A DNA stretch of 64,000 nucleotides from Candidatus Poribacteria bacterium (GTDB taxonomy: Bacteria > Poribacteria > WGA-4E > PCPOR2b), in NCBI GenBank assembly GCA_965208325.1, contig OZ242326.1:2208001-2272000 (forward strand), in the 5' to 3' direction. The notes beneath the pieces were generated by a model that did no database searches, had not been told where the DNA came from, and worked only from the letters and a program-made list of their open reading frames with translations. Shown here one piece after another: positions 30,168 to 39,788 of the stretch; position 1 is the first letter of the stretch; every line of letters begins with the position of its first letter. The position numbers and the translations under genes were made by a program.

Positions 30168-31667
30168 TTAAAAATTGTTGTTGGAACCGTGAATTGCATG
30201 AACGAGTTCTGATGCCGTACAAGTCCTCAAGAGATTGCCCACAATTTCTTGAGTGCCAAAATGTGGGCGGTCCATTAAGATTTTGTCTAAAGAAGAACCA
30301 TCAAGTGAAAAAATCATCGAATTCCAACTCGCGCTATGAATTTCGTGCGGGTATTTTTGCAAACACACACCCCGAAAATAGGCGCGTGTATCAACCGGTG
30401 GATGGGTTACAGCGTAGACGATTTCCTCTTGATTGAGTATACGTTCGACGTGTCCGTTTTTGAGTAACCTGACATATAGCCCTTTGTTGGGCCGTATGTC
30501 GTGATATTGCAGATCCATCATCCGGACGCGGGGATGCGACCAACTGACACCGCGGCGTTCGATATATGCAGTGATGAGGTTTTTCTTAATCACCCAATCG
30601 AGATGCCGCTCTAGCAGCATTGGATTGACTTCGAGCTGATTGAGAACAAACTCCCATTTGTCCATCACATCCTGCATCACTGGCGTAAAATCCGCCTTAG
30701 GAAGATGTTTATGAGCCAGTTCAAGATAAGCCCGCTGCACTTCGATCGGCGTCCATCGACGTCCATCGTCCAAATCGAGGGGATTTTTACATGATGAATC
30801 TCGCGACACCGTTTTGATTGCAGCAACTGGGTCTGACAGTTTGAATGCATCCCCCACCACACCCATTTCAATTAATTTCAGCACAATCGACGTGATTCCG
30901 ACTTTCAAATAGATGGTGAACTCTGACATATTGGAATCACCGACGATTACATGCAATCGGCGGTATAATTTTTCATCGGCGTGGGGTTCGTCGCGGGTGT
31001 TGATTATCGGACGAGCCACCATAGTGCTCAACCCCACTTCCGTTTCAAAGAAATCTGCACGCTGCGAGATTTGATAGTCCGTTTCCTCCGCGCCGTTTTC
31101 GGCGCCAACTTTTCCGCTGCCGGTGATGATTTGCCGCGTCACTAGAAACGGGGTTAACCCCGCGACAATGTCCTGAAAAGGAATACTCCGATTCATCAGG
31201 TAGTTTTCATGGCTGCCGTAGCTATGACCTTTATAGTCGCTGTTATTCTTATATATGATGATGTCTTGGTTAGCCGGCAGCAACTCTTCCGCAGCCATGC
31301 GGCTCAAATCTAATATCAGCTCTCCCGCCTTTTCATACTTCACAAGATCACGGGCATTTGTACATTCTGGCGTGCAATATTCCGGATGCGCATGGTCAAT
31401 ATAATACCGCCCACCGTTAATAAGAATGTCGTTGATGAGACTGTTGTTTTCTTGGTCGGGAGGATTGCTTTCGCCCTCGGATATAAACCCCCTTGCATCC
31501 ACCAATGGGTTTTCCTGCTCATAATCCCATGTGATGCCCTTCGGCCCCCGATCCTTATAGATATTTACGATGAGTGTCGAAGCGGCGACTGGATCCTGAT
31601 CGCGCGCATTTTTTACCGAAATCCCATACTCGGTTTCGGTTCCCATAATCATCGGTGTTGTTGTCAT
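30168..31667 (-). CDS. dop: Pup deamidase/depupylase
   Basis: IMGTETEYGI, WDYEQENPLVDARG Dop loop, NGGRYYIDHAHPEY, KNNSDYKGHSYGSHENY, SQRADFFE.EVGL.T, TRAYFRG. Confidence 0.94.
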   Translation of the reverse strand: MTTTPMIMGTETEYGISVKNARDQDPVAASTLIVNIYKDRGPKGITWDYEQENPLVDARGFISEGESNPPDQENNSLINDILINGGRYYIDHAHPEYCTPECTNARDLVKYEKAGELILDLSRMAAEELLPANQDIIIYKNNSDYKGHSYGSHENYLMNRSIPFQDIVAGLTPFLVTRQIITGSGKVGAENGAEETDYQISQRADFFETEVGLSTMVARPIINTRDEPHADEKLYRRLHVIVGDSNMSEFTIYLKVGITSIVLKLIEMGVVGDAFKLSDPVAAIKTVSRDSSCKNPLDLDDGRRWTPIEVQRAYLELAHKHLPKADFTPVMQDVMDKWEFVLNQLEVNPMLLERHLDWVIKKNLITAYIERRGVSWSHPRVRMMDLQYHDIRPNKGLYVRLLKNGHVERILNQEEIVYAVTHPPVDTRAYFRGVCLQKYPHEIHSASWNSMIFSLDGSSLDKILMDRPHFGTQEIVGNLLRTCTASELVHAIHGSNNNF

Positions 31668-31692
31668 AAGCTAAAAGAATAGATTGACATCT

Positions 31693-33507
31693 TTAAAGGT
31701 ACGCCCCGCCCTTTACAACTCTTACATCTTTCCTCTTGCGATCGGGTTCGTTCATCAAAGCTCTGATATTGACAATTCGTTCGCCTTTCCGCCCGGAAAT
31801 CTTTGCCCAATCATCTGGATTCGTTGTGTTTGGTAAATCTTCGTTTTCTTTATATTCCTCTCGGATAGCGAGTTGAAGATCTTCAAGCGTAATGCCCCGC
31901 TCTGCTTCTTCAGAATTGATTAAACGCTTGATTGCTATCTTTTTACTTCGAGCAACGATGTTATCAATCATCGCACCGCTCACAAAATCTTTGAAGTAAA
32001 GCGTTTCGCGCTCTCCGCGCGCATAAGTCACTTCAATGAATCTATTGTCTTCCGTTGTGGCGTACATCTCATCGACCGCTTGATTAATCATGTGCTGAAT
32101 TGCATTTTCCGGCTTTTGCTCAAACTTCTCTAATTCAGAAGGCGCAATGGGTAAATCCGGGGTCAAGTATTTTGAGAAAATATCCTTCGCACCTTCTGCC
32201 GTGGGCCGGTCGATTTTGATTTTGATGTCCAGCCTACCGGGGCGCAAAACGGCGGGATCAAGAAGATCTTGTCGATTACTAGCCCCAATCACAATCACGT
32301 CATGCAACCCCTCAACACCGTCAATCTCAGCGAGAAATGTTGGGACAACCGTGGACTCCATGTCGGATGAGATACCCATTCCTCTTGATCTGAATAAAGA
32401 ATCCATTTCATCGAAGAAAATGATGACAGGCACACCTTCTTTCGATTTTTCTTTGGCTTTCGAAAACACTTCCCGAATCTTACGTTCAGTCTCTCCTACA
32501 TACTTATTTAGAAGTTCTGGACCCTTGACATTTATAAAAAACCCTTTGACATCATCTCGACCTGTATGTTGGCGCACCCGTTCTGCCAGATTGTTAGCAA
32601 CAGCTTTGGCAATCAAGGTTTTTCCGCAGCCGGGCGGCCCGTAAAGAAGGATGCCAACCGGTGAAGTTAAACAAAACTCCTTATATTCATCCGGATACAA
32701 GTATGGTGTTTCAATTGCATCACGTATGGCTTCAATCTGTGGATTCAAACCGCCAATGTTTGCATACTTGATGTCCGGCACCTCTTCAAGCAATAAATCT
32801 TGCACCTCGGCGTTTGGAAGTTTCTCCATGACCATTCCGGTTGTATGATTGAGCAATACAAGATCGCCCGATCGAATCGGCTCTGATTTCAGCAGATCGG
32901 AAATCTGAACAACCCGTTCTTCATCAGCACGGAGATTAACGATTATGCGGGTTTCATCAAGCCGCTCCTTTACTTTAACTACCTCGCCATGCTGGTCAAA
33001 ATCTCTAACGGCGACGATGTTCATCACACCGTTGACAATAACTTCTTGGCCCTTTTGAAGTTGCTCAACGTTGATGTCCGGATCGACATTGACTTTCCAT
33101 CTTTTTCCAGAGAGATCGATGTCAACTGTTCCGTCATCGTTGGACTGGAGAAATGCGCCGTAGTTATTTGGGGGAGCGCTTAATTGCTCCACTTTTTCTT
33201 TAAGGTGCTCCAGTTTCTCTTTGGCTTCCTGAAGTGTGCTGGTCAGTTTCCGATTTCGACGATGCGCCTGCATTAATTCGCGCGTCATTTCGTAAAGCCG
33301 GATTTCAACATCGTCAGACGGGACGGCATTTAACCGCCTTCTTAGATTATCGACTTCGCTTTCCAGAGATTCGACAGTGAACTGCAATTCACGAATGCGT
33401 GTTTCATACGAAACCCGTTCCGATGAAGAAGGTGTCAGATCCAATGTTTCCTGAATGTCTTCACGTTTTGTGGAACCTCTTTTTTTGGTAGCCATAGTTT
33501 TACCCAA
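31693..33507 (-). CDS. arc: Proteasome-associated AAA ATPase (ARC/Mpa)
   Basis: N-terminal coiled coil, OB domains, GPPGCGKT, KGPELLNKYVGETER, FFDEMDSLFR, ENEDLPNTTNPDDWAKISG, C-terminal GAYL. Confidence 0.96.
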   Translation of the reverse strand: MGKTMATKKRGSTKREDIQETLDLTPSSSERVSYETRIRELQFTVESLESEVDNLRRRLNAVPSDDVEIRLYEMTRELMQAHRRNRKLTSTLQEAKEKLEHLKEKVEQLSAPPNNYGAFLQSNDDGTVDIDLSGKRWKVNVDPDINVEQLQKGQEVIVNGVMNIVAVRDFDQHGEVVKVKERLDETRIIVNLRADEERVVQISDLLKSEPIRSGDLVLLNHTTGMVMEKLPNAEVQDLLLEEVPDIKYANIGGLNPQIEAIRDAIETPYLYPDEYKEFCLTSPVGILLYGPPGCGKTLIAKAVANNLAERVRQHTGRDDVKGFFINVKGPELLNKYVGETERKIREVFSKAKEKSKEGVPVIIFFDEMDSLFRSRGMGISSDMESTVVPTFLAEIDGVEGLHDVIVIGASNRQDLLDPAVLRPGRLDIKIKIDRPTAEGAKDIFSKYLTPDLPIAPSELEKFEQKPENAIQHMINQAVDEMYATTEDNRFIEVTYARGERETLYFKDFVSGAMIDNIVARSKKIAIKRLINSEEAERGITLEDLQLAIREEYKENEDLPNTTNPDDWAKISGRKGERIVNIRALMNEPDRKRKDVRVVKGGAYL

Positions 33508-34176
33508 CCTAATTTTTTAAATTGCGATTTGACTCATTATCAAAAATCAACTGATAGTACGTAGGAATGCAGCGATCGATTACAACTCTAGCAAGTAAAA
33601 TTGATACTCGTTATCTGAAATCGTGCATTTGACTGTCGAGCTGGAAGGAGGGAAATTAGATTGGAAGGGGTTACATTCCGTCGGCTGGGTGCACCTGTGC
33701 GGGATTGCCCGCTCAATGCAAATTTGTTTTTCAGGTAAGGATATATATCGGCAATGCCTCGTAAAAATTCGACTTGCACCGGATAGCCGCTTTGGCTGCC
33801 GCAACCGTAACCAACGTAAGACTGAGCATTGCCAGTATTAGCGCATTGAAGACACTGATCACCGAATTGCTGAAGTTCGGGTGTTGTCCCACTGCATTCC
33901 GCATCATTTTGAAAATCCGCTGCTTTTGCATAGAACATATCAGCTATTTCCGACTCATCTGCTTATAGGCGCTTTATCAATGCACGTGACGAGAAACGCG
34001 ACTTAAACTCGAAAATCTTAAGTAGCCAGAAACTACCCAATGGCCTTCACAATTCAAATGCATCGTACTATGCGTAACCGCCCAGTTACGCCAGGTTTAG
34101 TATTGAAACCGTGTAGCATTTCCCGATGGAAAAGCAACTAAAAATAGTCGTCATTTTGGACGCTACAAGCGGTTAG

Positions 34177-34205
34177 ATTATAGCATTCGCCTATAATCGT
34201 GTCAA
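34177..34205 (-). promoter_or_regulatory. Consensus sigma70 promoter pointing at the Pup-proteasome operon
   Basis: Minus strand TTGACA (34205-34200), 17 nt spacer, TGn-TATAAT (34182-34177). Confidence 0.75.
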
Positions 34206-34419
34206 GGAAAATATCCGAAACTGGCAGGGCTCGCGCCGTTCAGTTACAAGCACAGAAACCTTTCGGCGAGCGAGCCATGGCGCTGATTTCAAGATTGCCC
34301 ATTCTCGTTGTTATTGCTAATGCGCATTATATTGATTTTCCGCTGGAAATTGGTGCGCCGCCGCGACTGCGACAAATCCCGGCACTGCAGTTTCACTTTA
34401 CTTAGATGCAACCGGACTC

Positions 34420-35478
34420 CTATTCCTCAACGGATTCTCGGGCATCAACATCGTCCCCAACAGAGGCGGTGCCTGGCGGGCTATGAACTCCTAATTTTTC
34501 TCGAATTTTGGTTTCGATTTCAGCGGAAATTTCGGTGTGTTCTTCTAGGTAAAGCTTGGCGTTGTTCCTACCTTGACCAAGCCTATCGCCTCCATAGGCA
34601 AACCATGCGCCGCTCTTTTCAATGATGCCTTCATCTACACCGACATCAAGAATACCGCCTTCTTTCGAGATGCCGTCTCCAAAAGTCAAATCAAACTCAG
34701 CTTGCCGAAATGGCGGCGCCACCTTGTTTTTGGCAATCTTGACGCGTACTCGGTTGCCAATGGCTTCATTTCCTTCTTTCAGGCTCTCGACCCGCCGCAT
34801 TTCAAGTCGCACAGAGGCATGAAATTTGAGCGCTAATCCGCCAGGCGTAGTTTCCGGGTTGCCAAACATAACGCCTATCTTCTGACGAATCTGGTTTGTA
34901 AAAACAACACAGGTCTTTGACCGATTTGTAATACCGCTGAGTTTACGCAGCGCTTTGGACATTAAACGCGGCAATAAGCCCACATGCGCGTCACCCATAT
35001 CCCCCTCAATTTCCGCTTGAGGTGTCAACGCCGCCACCGAATCAATCACAACGATGTCAATTGCCCCGCTGCGAATAAGGGTTTCCACAATTTCCAACGC
35101 TTGTTCGCCGGTGTCCGGCTGAGAAATGAGCAGCTCATCCATATCTACACCGATGCGTTTTGAATAATTGGGGTCTAGTGCGTGTTCAACATCTACAAAT
35201 GCCGCAACCCCTCGTTGTTTTTGTGCTTCAGCCACAACATGCAGCGCAAGCGTTGTTTTTCCGCTCGATTCGTGGCCGAAAATTTCGACGATGCGCCCGC
35301 GGGGCACGCCACCTACACCGAGCGCAATGTCTAGTGCAAGCGAACCTGTAGGAATAGATTCGACCGGAACAATTTCAGTACTGTTAAAGCGCATTATCGC
35401 GCCTTTACCGTGTTGCCGCTCAATTTGTGTTATTGCAAGATCGATGGTATGGTTCTTTTCATCTCTTGTCATCATCAA
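34420..35478 (-). CDS. recA: Recombinase RecA
   Basis: [57 protein letters not shown]. Confidence 0.98.
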   Translation of the reverse strand: MMMTRDEKNHTIDLAITQIERQHGKGAIMRFNSTEIVPVESIPTGSLALDIALGVGGVPRGRIVEIFGHESSGKTTLALHVVAEAQKQRGVAAFVDVEHALDPNYSKRIGVDMDELLISQPDTGEQALEIVETLIRSGAIDIVVIDSVAALTPQAEIEGDMGDAHVGLLPRLMSKALRKLSGITNRSKTCVVFTNQIRQKIGVMFGNPETTPGGLALKFHASVRLEMRRVESLKEGNEAIGNRVRVKIAKNKVAPPFRQAEFDLTFGDGISKEGGILDVGVDEGIIEKSGAWFAYGGDRLGQGRNNAKLYLEEHTEISAEIETKIREKLGVHSPPGTASVGDDVDARESVEE

Positions 35479-36062
35479 ACCTCCATATTCAATCTACACG
35501 ATTTTAAGCGGGTGTAGACCGCCCCTGTCAATTGCAGTTGGCTCCGCACAAGTGTAATCTCCTCGACCGTCATTGAGGCGCCGTCAATTTTCTCATATTG
35601 CTGAAACGCATCGGTGAACGGTCGCAAATCCATCCGCTTCTTAATTCTGGCGATTGTCAAATGAGGGCTTGCTGCTCTTTCATCGCGCGGAAATCCACAT
35701 CGATCTAGTTCAAGGTTGATTTCTTTGGCTAACTCACTTATGTCGGCACTCCCATCTTTAACACCGCACCAAACCACCCTTGGGCGTTTTAGATTCGGAA
35801 ATGCGCCAATCCCTCCAACCCGCATCGTAAATGGGAAATGCCCCATCGCTACCTTCTGGATGGCAGCTTCAATCGTACCGAGCTGGGTGTGTTCAACCTC
35901 TCCCAAGAATTTTAATGTAAGGTGAAAATCTTTCGGGATAACCCATGACGCATGGCGAATACGTTTTCTGAGTATATCTTGAATTTGTGCCAACTTGTCT
36001 TGAATTGTGGACGGGATTTCGATTGCTACGAAACAACGAATTCGCTGCGATGTGTTTTGCAT
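35475..36062 (-). CDS. thpR: RNA 2',3'-cyclic phosphodiesterase (2H family)
   Basis: Two HxT motifs ([15 protein letters not shown]), GAFP..RPRVVW; usual position upstream of recA. Confidence 0.92.
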   Translation of the reverse strand: MQNTSQRIRCFVAIEIPSTIQDKLAQIQDILRKRIRHASWVIPKDFHLTLKFLGEVEHTQLGTIEAAIQKVAMGHFPFTMRVGGIGAFPNLKRPRVVWCGVKDGSADISELAKEINLELDRCGFPRDERAASPHLTIARIKKRMDLRPFTDAFQQYEKIDGASMTVEEITLVRSQLQLTGAVYTRLKSCRLNMEV

Positions 36063-36135
36063 ACCCCTAATACTGAATAAATACAATCACCAATGTCACG
36101 GTTTGACGTTGACACTTACGCTTGATACGATCGAT

Positions 36136-36762
36136 TTAGAGATCGTCGCCGGTGTATATATCCGCCGACCGCATCAAGTCGTACATCGCCTTGCGGTTAT
36201 TATACAGAAATTCCAAACCAGACACCACTGTTAAAATGAGCGGAATGTACATCATAAAATAGATTGGCCCGAACGGGTGAACGATAATGTTTGCGGGAAG
36301 CACTCGCAATCCTCCAAATTCATAGATAACAAGCAATGCCAAACTTATGGTAAGGACAACCATTTGTGAAGATGTCTTATATTTCCCCCACTTGGCTGAT
36401 GCGACGACAGTCCCCTGCGTTGCAATGAATGCAATCCGTAACCCCGTAACAACAAATTCACGCCCTATAATGGTAATAACCATCCAGCCTGGAATTAGTC
36501 CTTCTCCGAACCGGGTTAGACAAATTAACGCCGCGCCAACAAGGAGTTTATCCGCGAGTGGATCGATGAATTTTCCAAAACTAGTGGTACCTTGCTTCCG
36601 AGCGATTCGTCCATCGAAGAAATCCGTGAGCGAGGATACCGCAAATATGATTAGCGCTGCAAGCAAACGTTGGTAGCGAAAAGAGAGCATCAAAAGCGGT
36701 ACCATGACGATGCGTGAAATCGTTAGGTAATTCGCCAAGCGCATGAGGTTGTGAATATTCAT
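36136..36762 (-). CDS. pgsA: CDP-diacylglycerol--glycerol-3-phosphate 3-phosphatidyltransferase
   Basis: NYLTISR, TDFFDGRIARK, FGKFIDPLADKLL, REFVVTGLR, GKYKT. Confidence 0.92.
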   Translation of the reverse strand: MNIHNLMRLANYLTISRIVMVPLLMLSFRYQRLLAALIIFAVSSLTDFFDGRIARKQGTTSFGKFIDPLADKLLVGAALICLTRFGEGLIPGWMVITIIGREFVVTGLRIAFIATQGTVVASAKWGKYKTSSQMVVLTISLALLVIYEFGGLRVLPANIIVHPFGPIYFMMYIPLILTVVSGLEFLYNNRKAMYDLMRSADIYTGDDL

Positions 36763-36795
36763 AGTTATACTGTTGTGCTACGTGAGAGGTGCGAT

Positions 36796-37512
36796 TCACT
36801 CGTCGGATGAAAGGTCAATAATTTCGACATCGTCGGGAATAACAAATCTAAAGGCATCGGCCGCAATTTCCTCATCGCGCCGAACTTTTTTCAACGAAAC
36901 TACGACACTAAGGGTACTCCCATCTTCTCTCTCGGATCTATAACCAAACTGCACCGGCAACCAATCACTCGATTGCACCCAAACCTCCAAGATTTCGCGC
37001 GCATGCTGGATTCCATCCGCCGGTTGAGACAACAAATGCGGCTTAGGCGACAATTCAATCTGGTAGACGCCCTTCTTATTGGCGATGGAATCTGGAACTA
37101 GCCGCATATCATAATTCTCTTGAACGTCATCCAATGATGACCCGATTCCCGGCAATAACTCGTTGCGATTCGAGTTGTTCCACCGCATCTTATTGACCTG
37201 ATTCAGCATCGGCGTATAAGACCAAGAATAATCGCCATCTAGGATGATTAACTGTACGGTTTGGCTAGAATCCTCGCGGCTCAAATACTCCTTGCGCAAC
37301 AAGTTAGGCTTACTAAATGCCAGTTTGCCGCCAGCAATGCTTTTATTGCCATCTTGAAGCGTCGTCTCCTCAAACTCAGCGCTAAAGTTCTTGGATGTGT
37401 CATAAGCTGCTTTAAACTTGTGGAAAATCTCATCGACTGTATAAGCAAATCCCCACTGCCCGCCAGCGATCAAAAAGAATGTCAGTAGTTTCCCATACCA
37501 GAGCAGTTTCAT
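36796..37512 (-). CDS. lolA: Outer membrane lipoprotein carrier LolA family protein
   Basis: Signal peptide, FSAEFEE, GKLAFSKPNLLR, DGDYSWSYTP..NQV, F.F.IP.DVEIID. Confidence 0.8.
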   Translation of the reverse strand: MKLLWYGKLLTFFLIAGGQWGFAYTVDEIFHKFKAAYDTSKNFSAEFEETTLQDGNKSIAGGKLAFSKPNLLRKEYLSREDSSQTVQLIILDGDYSWSYTPMLNQVNKMRWNNSNRNELLPGIGSSLDDVQENYDMRLVPDSIANKKGVYQIELSPKPHLLSQPADGIQHAREILEVWVQSSDWLPVQFGYRSEREDGSTLSVVVSLKKVRRDEEIAADAFRFVIPDDVEIIDLSSDE

Positions 37513-37553
37513 TGACCTTTTCCCCCGGATTTCAATTCTGGATTCACGATTGC

Positions 37554-37582
37554 AGTATAGCACCCGCGCCCCTAATTGTCAA
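37554..37582 (-). promoter_or_regulatory. Sigma70 promoter for lolA-pgsA-thpR-recA
   Basis: Minus strand TTGACA, 17 nt spacer, TGn-TATACT. Confidence 0.7.
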
Positions 37583-37603
37583 CGCAGTTTTTGAAGTCTA
37601 TCA

Positions 37604-37836
37604 CTAGGGCGTGTTGACATTTGTGTGAATCCCTCCGTAACCGTAGGGGATCAACCGAGTGAATAGCGAGGGCGATAGTGTTTATCAGGTCACCGCGCCC
37701 ACAGATCGACCGCTGCTAGGAAACTCCCAACCATACAGATATGATTGGGAACAGAGGGTTGGGAAACTACGAATGTTCGTGGGGTTGTGCACTGCCCATG
37801 ATTGTCGAGTTGTGATTGAATGTCAACAGTAACTAG
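37604..37836. mobile_element. MITE-like element bounded by CTAG
   Basis: ctag-ggcg-tgttgacatt ... aatgtcaaca-gtaa-ctag symmetrical ends; no transposase. Confidence 0.5.
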
Positions 37837-38340
37837 CTTAAAATTAGACCTTGAAGTGTATTCGCAGTTTGATAAACATAACAAGCTACTCGGTTGACTT
37901 TCACTGTTCATAACTGCAATTGTTCTTCAATTTGACTTGACGGAATCAATGTGCCGCCGGATTGAAATAACGCGCTCATTTACACCGGGGCTGCAGTTTT
38001 TGTTCCACATTTACGTGACTATTATGGCTGCCTCACTTCGCAGCCAAGGTTTTTAGCTTCACGGCGTGCGGTTCATTTCGATTGGCAACTTGAAAGCGGG
38101 CGGTAAAATGCGAGGTAAGCGGCATTGCTATCCAAGGAATTAACGCTCCGGATTTGGTATGCTTACTGTTAGACATGCTCGATCAGAACCCAACCTAATG
38201 ACAACGTTTGGCAAAAAATTAATCGTTTTACTTTTTGAAACCGTTTCATAAGAGATGCGTTTGGTAAGGATAGAAATAATCCAAAAAAATCTGGGATTCG
38301 TATTAAATCTCTCTAATCCATCACGAGGAAACCATTTCAA

Positions 38341-39357
38341 ATGCCAAAACATTATACTTATCTAGTCTCTTGCGTCCGGGAAACTTCGATCGAATGGGGA
38401 ATTGAACTTCAATCCCTCGGCGATGCAGTGCCGCCAAAGGTCGTAAGATTGCCGCACCTGACTCGAGCGCTAACGGATACGCCATATTTTCAATCAAAAA
38501 GTAACCCGATAGCTTATCTTAAGCAGCTAATAAAAGGCATGACGGATATGCTGCGTGATTACCACACACGTGTTTTCAGAAAGATTCAGATTAGGCTGGA
38601 AGAGTTACAGGTTGGCGAACGATGCTATGTCCAAGTTGCTTACACAGATAATGGTGCGGAAATTAAACCCCACAATTACGAAATCCAGCTTCTTGAGAAC
38701 TCGCCGCTTGAGTCGCCAGACGCAAATCCCGATGGGCCAACTGCATTCTCTCCTACACTGAATGCGGACAATCTTTCTGGTCATCAGGGCGAAGAGGCCG
38801 TCCTGAATTGGCAAAACTCAACTAAACCAAGTGCGGAGAATCAAAGTAAATCTTCCGTTGGTAATTCAACTGAGGTGGTTAAACAGATTACGCGGTTGCA
38901 TGAGAGAGTTAGGAAGCTTCAATCTGAAATGGACCTGATGAAGGAGAGACTGGACGAAGGGCGGCGCTTGTCAGAAAGAATTTTGAGTGACAGAGATTTT
39001 CTTGCATCTAGAAAGGCAGAGGTCGCTGGCCAACCCAATGCACCGCGAATTGGGAGCAAACGGGTTTATATGCGTCCAAACGGTGGAAAAGATTCGCAGA
39101 AAAAGGATAGCATTATGCTCAATCAGGATGAAAGTACCGCTATCCAATACATCATGGACCAGAAGAAAATCACTGAATCTCAGTTGAGGAAGCAATACCA
39201 CATTGGTAATGCTTCTGAAGTTATGGCGAGCTTGATTGACAAGATGGAACAGTACAATTCACCCTGCATTGATGTCCAGACGGATGAGAATGGTAAGTTG
39301 GTTTATCATTGGAATCAGCCGGATGATGGTGCGATGGCGGCGTCAAATCCTTCTTGA
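38341..39357 (+). CDS. Hypothetical protein with coiled coil and possible C-terminal winged helix
   Basis: 338 aa ORF; heptad region VVKQITRLHERVRKLQSEMDLMKERL; C-terminal AIQYIMDQKKITESQLRK. Confidence 0.65.
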   Translation: MPKHYTYLVSCVRETSIEWGIELQSLGDAVPPKVVRLPHLTRALTDTPYFQSKSNPIAYLKQLIKGMTDMLRDYHTRVFRKIQIRLEELQVGERCYVQVAYTDNGAEIKPHNYEIQLLENSPLESPDANPDGPTAFSPTLNADNLSGHQGEEAVLNWQNSTKPSAENQSKSSVGNSTEVVKQITRLHERVRKLQSEMDLMKERLDEGRRLSERILSDRDFLASRKAEVAGQPNAPRIGSKRVYMRPNGGKDSQKKDSIMLNQDESTAIQYIMDQKKITESQLRKQYHIGNASEVMASLIDKMEQYNSPCIDVQTDENGKLVYHWNQPDDGAMAASNPS

Positions 39358-39448
39358 TGGGCAGGTTCGTACCTTGAATGCATCGCAGTCAAGCCTAACC
39401 ACAGTTCATTGCTGATTTTCAATCCGCTGTGCACGCTTCCGGATTTTA

Positions 39449-39781
39449 TCATTCAGGCGGTGCGTCAATCTCCATGTCGAGCAGAATGGCGCTAAACCCT
39501 TTGCCGTGCCCGTCAATCATCAGAGAACGTGACACCCCACCACCAAGCGCATGACGTACAACGAAGTTTAACGCGCCAATTTTCGGTAGTTCGTAGCGCT
39601 CTATTTGCCCGTGCGGTATGCCGCTGAGATAATCATCTACAGCTTCCGCCGTTACGTGTTCCTTCATCCACTCGTAGTTTGTTTGGTCGTAGACTATCAG
39701 CCCGATATTTACGGTATCCGCCTTGTCGCCCGATCGCGAGTGGCAAATCTGCCTAAGCTTGATTCGATTAGCCATTGTCAT
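39449..39781 (-). CDS. AtuA-related small protein (AtuA C-terminal domain)
   Basis: HSRSGDKAD..NIG, RYELP.IGALNFV..ALGGGV..SL.IDGHGK. Confidence 0.88.
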   Translation of the reverse strand: MTMANRIKLRQICHSRSGDKADTVNIGLIVYDQTNYEWMKEHVTAEAVDDYLSGIPHGQIERYELPKIGALNFVVRHALGGGVSRSLMIDGHGKGFSAILLDMEIDAPPE

Positions 39782-39788
39782 TCTCCCT

